Shown here: one piece after another, positions 23,364 through 37,200 of the stretch
Layout: every line of letters begins with the position of its first letter
How positions within the stretch are numbered: the stretch's first letter is position 1
The notes under the pieces: model-generated
Told to the model about the DNA's origin: nothing
What the model saw: only the letters and a program-made list of their open reading frames with translations
Database searches by the model: none
Program-made: the position numbers and the translations under genes
NCBI RefSeq assembly: GCF_003918875.1
Contig: NW_025765979.1
Span: 126 to 64,000 of the forward strand
Reading direction: 5' to 3'
DNA length: 63,875 nucleotides
Origin: Haliotis rubra
Lineage: Eukaryota

Positions 23364-26300
23364 TTATCCGATAATGGTACCGTGGCCTTGTGATTGGCAT
23401 GCCGCGATGTTGGCGTCAGGGATGACGATGAAGCCGAAGGAGTTTCCGGGTACTTTCATCGTCCCACTTCCCAAAGATCTTGGCATCATGTGTGGTATTT
23501 GGTTATTGACAAGTTCCAGAGTTTTGCCATTGAGTTGGACTTTTCTGGAAAGAAAATGAAAACTGGCAAATGTCTCTCAAAGTTATCTTCATAATTTGAA
23601 CCAATTATTTATGAACCGACTTACGACACAGTGATAACTGAAACACGGACACAGTCCTTAAGCTCAAGAGTTGAGGGCAGTGGGGTAGCCTAGTGGTTAA
23701 GGCGTCCACTCGTCACGCCGAAGACCCGGGTTCGAATCCCCACATGGGCACAATGTGTGAAGCCCATTTCTGGTGTATCCCGCTGTGGTATTGCTGGAAT
23801 ATTGCTAAATGCGTCGTAAAACGATACTCACTCACTCAAGAGTTGACAGAAAACATATCATGTTATACAAACGTTGACGTTAGGTCTCCTCCCTCCGGAG
23901 TCAGCCAGAATCTGTCCATGCTATTGATGTTCAGATCCGATATAGTTAGGAGTATGGGGTCTTTATTCAAGTTGAGGGCATACACTGTGATGCTTCCAGG
24001 CTTGTAGTTATATACGCTGAAACATCAAAAGTGATGTCATAACATATGTCAATATGTAGGATTATTACTAAACCTACTAGAGTCATTTCATTTTTTTTAA
24101 ATATCATACGATTGACTTGTGAGGACATGATGTCAAGTGATATCATTTGTTTTCAGTAAAACAAACCAAAATGAACCAGTGATGTCAAAACAGATGTCGT
24201 GAAAATTCAATGAATGTGAAAATATCCTCGAATTGCCTTGGCCGACCTGTGAGGACACAATGGCGTCATGATGTTTGATTAATGTCACGTGCGTATAGTT
24301 ACTATGTTGAAATTCAGATGGCGGCCACGGGGCGGCCACATGAAACATTACATTGTAATACATTTTTGTGACCTTTGAACCGTGATATATTCATGACATA
24401 TGCCGATACGGCAACTACAGAAGATTAGTGTACAATAAAAAACTAATCAACATATTCATGTGTAAATGGAAAGATAGCTGTAAAAATAATATGAATGGAT
24501 CAATGAAAAACAGTAAAGACACCGGGTGTTCGCCTGAAAATGGAAGTATACTGGACAAAATAAGTTAGGGATATTGGTATTTTATGATTGATATTTTATC
24601 GGTGTGTCAATGAATAAATGGATCATTATTTATAATTTCAAAATTTAAATGTATCCCTAACTATTTTTGTCTAGTATATATATGTTCTGCCTATATGTTC
24701 TGCACAACAGTACTCCAGCCATGCAACAGAGGCGTGTAAACAGACCAGATAATCAAGTTGTTGATGGAACGCAAATACAGTTAGATAATAATAAGTACAG
24801 AGATTCGAAAGCGTGTAAGTAACGAAAAGTGTTTCGGAATAGATTTGCTTTGCAACACATTAAGGGGGCACGTTAATGTTTTGTAGTTGACTCTGCATAC
24901 TAAAATATGCTATTTATCCCCAATATTCTCGGAACTTCAGTTGAATTAAATATAGGACGTCAGTGCGGAAGAAAAATGCAGTCTAACTATCCTCAGCAAC
25001 AAATTCCGTTTGGTGTAAAGGGAAAAACCGCTGTGAAACGTACAGAGCAGAGCATTCGGCTCAGCAAACATCCTGCACCCTGAGATGATGTTCTGTACTT
25101 CGGCTACAGTATTGGGCGTAATTATGGCAAACATTATTTTTCAAATTCAGTGTTTGCATATTATGACTTTGATATAATGTTCTTACAATATTGGTAATTC
25201 ATATATGTATAGGGGCGGTGGGGTAGCCTAGTGGTTAAAGCGTTGGCTCGTCACGCCGAAGACCCGGGTTCGATTCCCCACATGGGCACAATGTGTTAAG
25301 CCCATTTCTGGTGTCCCCCGCCGTGATATTGCTGGAATATTGCTAAAAGCGGCGTAAAACTAAACTCAGTCAGTCAGTCAGTCATATATGTATAGCATAT
25401 GCAACATTCACACAATTAGATGAAATGTCTAGATGACCAGAACGCTACCTGCAATATTTTGGAATGTTGGGTGTCTTCGTTCGAAACATGTATGGATACG
25501 ATAGAGAATGATAATCCTATTCATTGTTTCATCGTTTCTTGCTCGAAAACCGAATTGCATTTGGATTTATATTAAATTTTTTGTGAGTTGAGTTTTTTTC
25601 GAGCAGCCAAACAACGTTCCATTCATGCCCATTGTGGACGTCGTTCTTTTCATTCTAAAAGATATGTTTAAGTATGATAAATGTGAAGGTTTTCGAGTAT
25701 ACGCTTTACAAGTTTTGTAAAAGTATATGGTTTAACATCCCACTTGTTAAGCTTCGTACAGTGTGCATACAGTCGGATGCTGGTAGATGAAGATGGAACA
25801 TCAAATACTTTGTTGCCAACAAGTCTCTTGTAAAGAAGCGTCAACCAATAGTCCTGTGAAAAGAAATTATGGTGTTCCTCTATAAGAAAAACAGTATTGA
25901 CTTCTGTGTTGTTCTGTGCCTATTCAAGCTGTCCCAACAGGACATTGAAAATATCTGTTAAAGTAGTGATTATTCCATAATAATAAGGTTTTAAAGGTCT
26001 TCAACGATCTTTGTCAAGAGACTTCATATTGCAGTCGGCCAAAACTACATTGTTAATCGTTAATATGACATAGTACATTTTGACATTACTTAAGAATACA
26101 CACAGGAGTAGGGTCGTTATTGCTGTCAGTAAGCGAGTAATGCCCTCCAAAGAGTGACTGGCGGAGGACCCTTTTAAAACCATATTTTGCTGATACACCT
26201 AGTTTATCAAGCCACCTAAAAATAAGAATAACCATCATATATCCGTACATGTACACATCCTTTCTTAAGACACATAGGAAACTGGAATATTATGCTAAGA

Positions 26301-29033
26301 CATCAGCAATGGTACACCATAAACACGTATGCTTGAACATACAATTGATTCCAATTTTCCCAAATGTACCAACTCCCCAATCTCCATCTAGCAAGCATGT
26401 TTTATCAATTGGCATCATCAACGTATACTGGCGCTCCATCGGAAGTGCTCTGGTTGACATTATTCTGCTGTATTCAATGTTTCTTACTGACCCGTCTTAC
26501 AGAAAACTTCAAACCAAAATTCTTTGATAACTAAAATACTCACAGATTGCCTGCCACATATCTATCGCCTATACCAGGAGTGCCGCCCCCATAGCCAGAA
26601 GAAGTCTCCCCTAGCCACGCCACCAGACCATGATAGCTTCGGACTGTATTCATCACTGACTGTAGTTCAGGTATAAGACGGTCCATTATTGTATAGTCAG
26701 AAAAGTCTTCGAGTTTGGCGGTGTGTCCATCAAAGTAGTAACTGAAACAGGAATTTGTAACTGTGTTACTGTATACACAACAATCACTTAAACAAATGGA
26801 GAACCGAGTTCAATTCACCACACGGATACGATGTTTTAAACCAATATCTGGTGTTCCCCTCCGTGATATTACTGGAGTATTGCTACTGACATACTCATTG
26901 TAGGCCCTGATACTTCCCCACCCTGAAGGAAGGTACTCACTGATGGATGGTCAAGACGTCTATGACACTGGCTCCACCCAAGGACAGGAAGCTGGAAGGA
27001 ACGGTCACTTTTCACAGGTAGTAGGGACGAAACGTTTGTGGAAATGGATTCTCTTGTGTGTGAAACTTTTACGCTTTTAAGTGGTTTTAATACGGTTTTG
27101 TACTTTTCACACTTTTGATGTGAATTGATGCAATTTCTATTTTGTACATACTTTTTAATGAACTTGTCTTTATAACCGGCTATGTCAGGTCCAAGGATGA
27201 GACTAGACTTATAGGCCGTTCTTTGGAGGACTTGTTTTAGGTCCTTGAAGTCACTTGCCACCTGAGCATCACTGATTGTAATGTTCCGATGTCGGAAATA
27301 AATATGAAAAATAGGTACAATTAAAATAAATTCAGCAAGCACGATATAAAAATCTGGCAACGGTATCAATTTATCATGGAATAAATAACAATGCGAAGTT
27401 CAAAATGTAATATTAGTGATGAAAATCTGCTCTCGTTCTTCACGATAATGTGAAAAGATCACCCTGTGTGCATGCGGGATGAGAGTATTCACAATCTCCA
27501 GGCGGTTGGAATCCAGTGGTCCGGTAAAAACACAAATTAACCAACCTGACTACCGATCCATTCAGTCACCTCATACAAGTACAGGTTGTTCGGGACCTCC
27601 TCCTCAAGACATCCCCAGCAAGAATAACTATTATGTGTGGTAAATGCCCCTGAAACCTACCATTTCCTAGTTCAATCCCTGCAAAAGGATATCCTTTGTC
27701 AGAGGAATATTTGAGCAGCAGCTTTGCATTTGATGGATTCCACCTCGTTCCGTTGCGGAGCACCAGGTTGAGACCAATCACCAGTTTGAAGCCAATCTTG
27801 TGAACAAACATGTTAAGATCATCCCAGGTGTTTGCTGAAAATAAGTGTTTCTAGATCAGGCATCAAATAATACATTCTTTCAGTTGTATATCTTGAATAT
27901 AGAGTCAAATCACACTTGGAAGCATCTTCAATCATGACAGTTTGCATAAGATTTCGTGAGCTCAGAAATATGGAAATTCTTCAATCAAAACGTACATGTA
28001 GATTCAAGGTCTTTCTGGGGAAGGTTTGTTCTAGAAAGATGCAACAATGTTATTTTGCTGTCACGATCTGACATCAAATAATACATTCTTTCAGTTGTAT
28101 ATCTTGAATATATAACAGTTTAAACAAGATTATGTGAACACAGAAACAAGAAATCTGTCAGTCAAAAGGGAGACTCATAGGGAGACCTTTCGGTGAAGGT
28201 GTTTGCTAGAAGGATGGAACAATGTTTTATAGCTTTCACCTGGGAGCTGGAACTGGTCTCCAGTAGCAATGTTGTGGGTCGGGTCAAACACCATGTAGTC
28301 CAGTGACGAGCCACCGATTCTCAGATACCCTGGAGCTAAAGCTTTTCCCAGAGTCAGCAGTTTGGGAGAACTGTTAAAACAAACACGTTTTGTGTGCTTC
28401 TTGAACCATGGTAATAATCAACCTATATTCCCTGAATAAATGTAGTCCTACAATCGAACAGGCTATTTTTACCAAGATTACAAAGAACGTCAAAAGACTC
28501 TTTATTCACAATGTGTTTTGTCCAGGTTATAAGGCCCCGGTAAAACTGTCAAAACGTCTTATGGTATTCCCTATTTATACTTGCACCATATGTTCACAGA
28601 CGAATAACTGACTTTACTTCGCACCGGTTTTTGACAAGTGCCGCTGATGGACCAGAATGCACCCGACCTGGTATCATCTCTATTTCATAATGTTCATGAT
28701 ACAATCCAGACTTCTACTGTGGAAAGTGTTCATGGCATTTATTTGTGGATATAAATGTATATTTTCATCCGGAACCTCGATTTGCAAACAAATCCGTCAA
28801 CCAAGTAACAAACCAATCAGACATATTTGCCCCGATGTTTTATTACCTGACATTGTGATACTTCAGATTAGACCTCAGTTGACTGCCGGCGATGGTGACG
28901 CCAACAAACATGTCATCTATCACCTGCAACACGTGGTTAGTTTTACCCTGATATGTTCGGTGTGTAGGGACACAGTAAACGGCAGGATCCAAGCCAGTCC
29001 AAATAAACACAAGATCATGATATCCGGGAACAT
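23364..29033 (-). CDS. Heparanase-like GH79 glycoside hydrolase, copy A; exons 29033-28847, 28370-28240, 27834-27661, ~27320-27152, 26991-26941, 26741-26544, 26215-26104, 25853-25744, 24016-23873, 23544-23364
   Basis: Signal peptide; SPKLLTLGKALAPGYLRIGG, ELGN, GPD, IHHYY, WLGETSSGYGGG, WLDKLG, RQSL, PTPDYWLTLLYKRLVG, VQLNG; GT-AG junctions. 1-bp indel in exon 1; exon 4 acceptor is ambiguous. Confidence 0.9.
23675..23834 (+). mobile_element. SINE family A in the last intron of heparanase-like A
   Basis: A/B boxes; TSD CTCAAGAGTTGA (23663-23674, 23835-23846); absent at the paralogous site ~31840. Confidence 0.92.
24549..24676. mobile_element. Tc1-type MITE (~130 bp)
   Basis: TIRs TACTGGACAAAATAAGTTAGGGATA / TATCCCTAACTATTTTTGTCTAGTA with TA flanks. 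Confidence 0.8.
25212..25381 (+). mobile_element. SINE family A
   Basis: GGGGCGGTGGGGTAGCCTAGTGG..GGTTCGATTCC; TSD TCATATATGTATAG. Confidence 0.93.
27860..28230. repeat. ~210-bp imperfect tandem duplication in intron 2 of heparanase-like A
   Basis: CATCAAATAATACATTCTTTCAGTTGTATATCTTGAATATA occurs at ~27861 and ~28072, followed by similar sequence. Confidence 0.75.
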
Positions 29034-31233
29034 TTTCACCGTTACTTCATTTTGAGATATATACCTCCTATGTTCACTTCGGTTTGGGCAAACAGCAGGT
29101 GCCACCAAGACCTGACAATTGATAAGAAGATGGAGCCACATGTATGATTGAGATGATTAAGATTATGCCTAGACTTTTGGTCAAGAACTGGGCTTGTGTG
29201 TATCTGTTTTGGTATCTTATCTTAGTTTTATTACGTAAATGTGAAACTGAGAAAAATCAAGTCCCGATAACATTTGGAAATATGTAGACACACGACCTAT
29301 CCTTAATATGACGAAGATACACTTTACATTTCTGTTGTAGGTGAGTTTAAACACTTTGAAAAGTGATGACGCTGAGTCTAACAGTGCAAAATCTGCAAAT
29401 AAAACTTTCCTGGACGATCGAAAATATTCTCCCATGCAAGCTTGTGTCGAGTCGACAAAGCCCATTGTCGAATATACAGAACACATGAACTCAGCTTGCA
29501 CTGGGTCACAATCGACCACAAGTGGATTCTCCTTTAGCACTATTTAAACGCCTACCAAATATTTCGTCACAGCTTTTAACCAGTTAGTTTGCACATTGCT
29601 TTTGCGTGTTTGTGTTCTGTTGTCTCACTTTAATTTTGTAAAAGTAACATTAATAAGCTTGTGTGTTCTAGATGCCAGTCCTTGCTACAACAGTAGACTG
29701 GAAATGCTGTAAGAACCATATTGCTCCCTCTTCCATAGCTACATGCTGTTTGCAGGCTAGTTTGTAATTAATTTGACTACATACTGACGACACATGCAAA
29801 CGCCAGACAAGTATTATTCAGAAACCTGCGGGCTTCCAACATGCAGTAAATCGTACTTCTACTTTTAGTCAAAGTAACCCTACATGACACCAAAGGTGAT
29901 GTATCGGATGTATGGGATGTATCGTCAATATTGTACACACTGTAGTACCACATTCTCATTCTGTGAGTGCAGTAAGCATGCAACTTATCCAAGCATTTCA
30001 AACTGATTTGTTATTGCGTGTGCTGTTTCTCAGGACGGGATTGATGTATTAAGATTTGTTCATTGTACATCAATAAATAACACACATTTCCAAAGATGTT
30101 TGGAGAAGCGACAATTCACTAATGATATGTATAACCGTCTCTCCTGTCTTCATGTCAGTCTAGCTGACCTAAATTGATGATTACAACATGCAAAGTCTCG
30201 ATTATTCTCCGAAACAAGTTTGCCTATAATGCAAAATCAAGGTGAACATATAAGAACGGATCACTGAAAATCCGTAATGACACCAGGTGTTCGTCCCAAA
30301 AGGAAGCATGTAGTTTCTGTCCCTCACTCAGACCATCTGCGTCGAATGAAAGTCTTTCTTGCCTGACCCATCCCAGCAGTACCGTCATGAGATGGCAGTC
30401 TGTAACAAATCTGGAGATCTAAATATGTTCGTGTTGCAACGCTGTCCATCAGTCAGGGCTATTTTTGTTTTTGTTGTTGTTTTTGTCCAACTTAATGATC
30501 TACAAATGTTACCTGAAGATCACTTAATCACCACACTTTAGCCATGTATTCAATGAGCACCGAACACACAGTAGCGAAGTAAAAGTACGTGGTAATATAC
30601 ATTCAAACGTCAGCCCTTGCCTTCGTTGGGAGTGAATGCGAACAAGGCGTTCAATGTATGAACAAATATTAAATATGTGTTGACGATGTGGAGCTTTACT
30701 GGTGATAAGACGCGTTGGTGCAGGGAGTTGAGTTGAAGAATCATTTAGGCAACAGCTTAACTGTCGCAAAGCCATGATCTTCCTGGTCTAAGGATGCAAA
30801 AGTAACCATATTCCATATATCTTGTAAAGAGGTGATTTTAAAATTAAAACGTGTAACCCTAAGATCGGTTCGTACCATACTACAGTGTGAGAGCATGGGA
30901 AAACCCTCCTTTTGGAGCAGTTTATTCCATATTATATGAACTTAAGAACCTTCTAAACCTTCCAACCATTTATTCAAACACATACTGTTGTATTTGCACA
31001 GTGTGAAGTCGTTTCAGGGATGAATATAACTGTATAATTAAATAACCCTGTGTTGTGTTTCCTGTCATATTTCACTCTGAGAAACATGTAGATTAACTGA
31101 AACTTGTAAATAGAAGTTAGTAATAGAGGATGTTATCACAATTAAGATATTTCAAAGGCCACCTAACACGTCTACATTCCAAAAGACAACCATCATGGCG
31201 GTTTGTAAACATTTTATTAAAATTTTCAGATGG

Positions 31234-34200
31234 CTATCCGACAATGGTACCGTGGCCTTGTGATTGACATGCCGCGATGTTGGCGTCAGGGATGACGATG
31301 AAGCCGAATGAGTTTCCGGGTACTTTCATCGTCCCACTTCCCAAAGATCTTGGCATCACGTGTGGTATTTGGTTATTGACAAGTTCCAGAGTGTTGCCAT
31401 TGAGTTGGACTTTTCTGGAAAGAATATAAAACCTGGTTGGTCTGTTTATTCTTCTTGATCATCTGTGGATCCAACAGATGTCCTGCAACTATAGCATGTG
31501 TGAACAAGTTTGTCGTAGAATGATGATTAATTGTTATGGATATACAACTTCTTTTATTCTGTGAAAGGCGTTGTCGTTGTCATCACTTGCTTGACAACGG
31601 CATCTATGTCGAAACTTCACCCTTCACAGAATAAAAAGTTGTATATCCATAAAAATTGTCATCATTCTTCATCAACTCAACTTCTAAAATGTCCATCAAA
31701 GAAGAAAGTTTGTCGTAGGTCATTTTACAGATTCCTGCGTCAAGAGCTGCTTTTGAGGCAAATGCCTCTCAACTTTATCCTCATTATTTAAACCGATTGT
31801 TTGTTGATGGATTTTGCAACACGGACACAGTCCATAAGCTCTAGAGTTGAAAGAAAACATATGATATACAAACGTTGACGTAAGGTTTCCTCCGTCCGGA
31901 GTCAGCCAGAATCTGTCCATGCTATTGATGTTCAGATCCGATATAGTCAGGAGTACGGGGTCTTTATTCAAGTTGAGGGCATACACTGTGATGCTTCCAG
32001 GCTTGTAGTTGTATACGCTGAACCATGAAAAGTGATGTCATAACATATGTCAATATGTAGGATTATTAGTATTACTTTCCTTGAAACCTAGTCAATTCAT
32101 TCATTTTTTGAAAATATCATATGAATGACTTGTAAGGGCATGACGTCATAATGATTTGAGTGACGTCATTTGTTTTGATGACGTCACACAGTTGCTAGCT
32201 ATGCAAAGATGCAGATGCCACCCACGGGAATCTCACATATAGGCATTACATCTCTGTAACGTCTTAAGTCGAATTCGATATATTCATGATACGTACCAAT
32301 AAGAACAAAACATTCCTTCCTGAAAATCACGGACACTCAGCTGTTGTTCTGCCAGTACCTGGCATAGCTCTAAACTGATTCAAATTGCAATGACTGTGTG
32401 TATATTTTGGACTTTGATAAAATGCTTTTTCAAGGTGATTAATGGTAATCTATGACCAAACTGTTGTGTAGTGTGCATTGTTGGGAAATGTTGACCAAGT
32501 TGTGAATACAGTTTATATTGTGAACTCACTTGTTAAGCTTTCGTACAATGGGCATACAGTCGGATGTTGTCCGATGAGGATGGAACATCAAATACTTTGT
32601 TGCCAACAAGTCTCTTGTAAAGAAGCGTCAACCAATAGTCCTGGTAAATGAAATCATGGTGTCATTACACGCTATTGTTTAGTGCAACCCATGCTTGTCG
32701 TAAGAGGCAAATGATTAGATCGGTTGTGGTCAGCCTCGCTGACTTGGCTGACACATGTAATCGTATTCCAATAGTGCTGATCGATGTTCATCATGTCAGT
32801 CACTGGATAGTCTGGTCCAGATTCGGTAATTTACTACATTTCATACAGCTGGTATATCGCTGGGTGTAGCAACAACATACAGCACAAACAAACAAAACGA
32901 ATGTGGTTGATGTCGCGATGGTCGAAACAGGATGATCCATGAGAGACTACCTCGAAGGCCTTGGTCACTACATACGGCCTATAAGCACAAGGTACTGTTC
33001 ACCTATCATGATATGGAATTCCGACATAATGAGTAAGTGAGTGAGTGAGTATCGTTTTACGCCGCTTTTAGCAATATTCCAGCAATATCACGGTGGGGAA
33101 CACCAGAAATGGGATTCACACATTGTACATTGGGAATCGAACCCGAGTCTTCGGCGTGACGAGCGAACGTTTTAACCACTAGGCTACCTAACCGCCCCTC
33201 CGACATAATGACATTTTGTAGCTGTTAATATGACATGATAATATATTAACGTAACATGCGTTCACGCACAGGAGTAGGGTCGCTGTTGTCATCAAGAAGT
33301 GAGTGATGCCCTCCGAAGAATGACTGGCGCATGACCCTTTTTATACCATATTTTGCTGACACTCCCAGTTTATCAAGCCACCTAAGATTTTGAACAAAAT
33401 CACAGTATTAGATTAATAATCCTTTCTTAACAAACCATGTATAGAAAAGAAGAAAACAGTTGGACGATAATTGTGCCACAGACACCGAAGACGTCATCAT
33501 CAATGGTATATCCTACCCGTGTAAACTTTACAGAACAATGTCTTACAGTTGAATCCCAATATTTTCAAAATAGTCCTGGTGTTTCTGCAGAACTAAACGC
33601 ATCAGTAATCACCATCTAAGAAATATTTATTAGCAATCGAATTCTAAATCAACATATGCTGGCCCTTCATTCAAGGCGTTCTGCTTGACGTTCCTACATT
33701 GCTTTCTACTTTTCTGATTACAGGCTCTTCATATAAAGAAATCTACTCTGAGCATGAAACTGTTTGAAAAGAAAACGTTAAGCAAACACCCTTTGAATAG
33801 CTAAAATACTCACAGATTGCCTGCCACATATCTATTGCCAATGCCAGGAGTGCCGCCCCCATAGCCAGAAGAAGTTTCCCCTAGCCACGCCACCAGGCCA
33901 TGATAGCTTCGCACCATACCCACCACTGTTTGAACTTCGGATATAAGACGGTCCATTATAGAGTGGTATGAAAAGTCTTCGAGTTTCGCTGTGTTTCCAT
34001 TAAAGTAGTAACTGAAAAGAATAAAATCTAACACAAAAAGTCCTAACCGTATTAAGGTACACGCAACAATCAGCCAAACAAACGTTCCTTTCTATTTTTG
34101 TTCCTCTTATTATTTTGTATATATTCCTGTTATTGAAGTGTGTTACACAAAGTGATTGGTGATCTACTCATTTCGTTAAAGTCATCCTCCCACTCGGCGT

Positions 34201-37200
34201 CCACTATAAGCATCAGTTACCATCCCGCTGCTACTATATATCCATTATTCGGCAAATATGTCTTCGCTGTAATCCACGGTTGCTGCTGGAGTGAGTATGG
34301 TTTTGCGCCGCTTTTACCAATATTCCAGCAATATCGCGGCGAGGGACACTAGAAATGGGCTTCACACATTGCATCATGTAGGGAATCAAACCAGGGTCTT
34401 CAGCGGGACGAACGGATGCTTTAATTTGGCTACCCCAAGACCCGATGCTACTGGATCATCCATAATGACATGAATGATTCATTGACGTCCACGTCCCTGA
34501 TGCCCTGATACCCAAGGACGATACTCACTGATGGACGGTCAGGACGTCTATGGCACTGGCTCCGCCATCGGTCAGGAAGCTGGAATTGCATGATCACATT
34601 TGACAAGAGGGTATCGAGGAAGGTATCACTTGCATTTACCACATTCGTGTTTGTGGAAACCGTTTATCTGATGTGTGAAAAGATAAAAGCTACCGAATGG
34701 TTTAACGCCGCTTGGAATAATGAGGAACGACAGATGGGACACAGGTTTCAGGCGTTTGAGCTCGGGCAAGGTAAATCCAAACCTCAAGGATGCAACTAAA
34801 GGGATTGACACACTCGTGCTCCCATGTCAGTTATTGAATGAATGCTTTAGATTTGACACAAAGGGTGAGACTAACATACCAAAGTAAGCACAGAGGTGGT
34901 TCAGTTTGTAAAACAACATTCTAGCACTGGGTCTCTAAGCACCATATTCCCAAGTGTAGCGTATGAAATGTGTATTTAATGCATACTTGTTTAAAAACTT
35001 GTCTTCATAACTGGCCACGTCAGGTCCGAGGATTAGACTAGACTTATAGGCCGTTCCTTGGAGGACTTGTTTCAACTCTTTGAAGTCACTTGCCAGTTGC
35101 GCTTCACTGACAGTTGTATTCCATTGTCGGTAATAAAAGTTTGGTGCTTCATGGACAAAACATACGAAGGTAATTATGCATTACGAATAACAAGGGATCC
35201 TGTCTACACACACAGTATGGTACATCAAGGAGAAGGGAATTAATATACAAATTATATTCATATCATTCTTAATGTTTTAAGGGTGTTGCATTCAATGTTA
35301 GTGTGAAAAGACGCAGATAATTCAGTAATAATACGATGTGACCGTCTATTGTTTAACGCCCAAATAGGATACGTGGCACGTATGAACGAAATTATCCAGC
35401 CTGATTACGTATCTTTTCTTGTTTAGGACCTGTTCTGTGCGGATTCCAAACAACTATATTTCAATTTTTAAATTATCTGTGATAGATGTGACATATATAT
35501 GGCTTCAAACCTACCATTTCCCAGTTCAATCCCGGCAAAAGGATACCCTTTGTCAGAGGAATATTTGAGCAACAGCTTAGCATTTGATGGGTTCCACTTT
35601 GTTCCGTCACGGAGCATTAGGTTAAGACCAATCACCAGTTTGAGTCCAATCTTTGAACAAACATGTTGAGATCATCCCAGGTCGTTGCTGAAAATATATG
35701 TTTCGGATTTGCATCTGTCTAAAACCTATATGGTTTCATATATGTTAAAACAATAAGGCCAACCAAACACTGCATTTTGATGCAGATTTGAATAAAGAAA
35801 TCCGTCGACAAATATCAGGATTATTGAATTTTGGGAACGTAGCCATGTTCCTATCTAGACATATGACAGTCCTCACTAGCAATGGTCGGAAGACGGGGTT
35901 TCCAGACGTTGGCCCAGTTAATGCAACAGCATTGACAGTTTTATGGAATGATACTACATGTATTCCAAACTATTGTCCGATCTGGACTCGTTTGTATCAG
36001 CACAGTAGTCGGTAGTGGTTTGAAGTAAAGTTGTTTATATTTGTATATTGTTGTTCATTTTGGAAGATATAACTATCCTATCCAGCTATCACCTCGGAGC
36101 TGGAACTGCTGTCCAGTAGCAATGTCGTGAGTCGGGTCGAACACCATGTAGTCCCCTGATGTGCCCCCGACTCTCAGATACCCGGGTGCTAAAGCCTTTC
36201 CAAGGGCCTGCAGTTTGGGAGAGCTGTTGATAAAACATATTTTTAGGCTCAACAAAATGCACTGGTAGTCAAATTACAGTCCTCAAGTGATTTGGAGTTT
36301 ACACCCACATAGCAATTACTTGCAGCGTTTTGGAGCAACGAGGGGTGAAACTTGCTATTTGATCATTGAGCGGTCAATGATAAAGCTGGACAGAAAGGCA
36401 ATCAATGAGAAAAAGCATGACTTCACTTAAATATTGTGTACATTTCATTTGTTTTAGCTATTCAGGAAACCTAGACCCAAAAATGAAAGCAAACGTCATG
36501 AATTAAAACCCAATATTTGAAATGACTGGTTCCCTTGTTCATAATATCTATATTGAATTTGGAAGTGGAATTCGTTAGTAAGCAGTGTACTTAGTGTTTT
36601 TCCCTTCTGGCTGATCTGTTTCATTATACACATGAATCGAAATTCTCCTCGTAATTTACCACGTAATTTACCACGTAAATCAACCGCCTAACCCGCTCAG
36701 CTAACGCGACTTCCACAAAAATGGAAGTTGGACAACTGGTAGTCTAGGCTGCGGCCTTTGTGTACCCCTCTGATAAGTGTTAATTGGCACGGCTCCCACG
36801 GATTTACCACTGATTTACCAAAGTGAACTAGAAATCGAGGAGACCAGTTGGACATCCTCATCTCTTTCACTTTTAGATCTTTGCATAAGATTCTTTGTGA
36901 CAAAACACTCTAAAGAAGACTCAAGGTGTGTAAAGAAAGTGATTCTTGTGTATTTGTGTTGTTGTGGATATGTAACCGATCTATTTGGATCTATAACCTG
37001 ATTACCTGGATCTATAACCTATCTATGTGATTCATAACCTATCTATTTCGACCTATAAGCTATTTATCTGGATCCATAACCTATCTATATGGATCCATAA
37101 CCTATCCATGTGGATCCATAACCTATCGATGTAGATCCATAACCTATCTATGTGGATCTATAACTCTATCTATGTGGATCCATAACCTATCTATGTGGAT

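Noticed and set aside
25212-25285. tRNA genes at family A heads
   Set aside because: They have A/B boxes but also a SINE body, simple-repeat tail and TSDs, and occur in many diverged copies.
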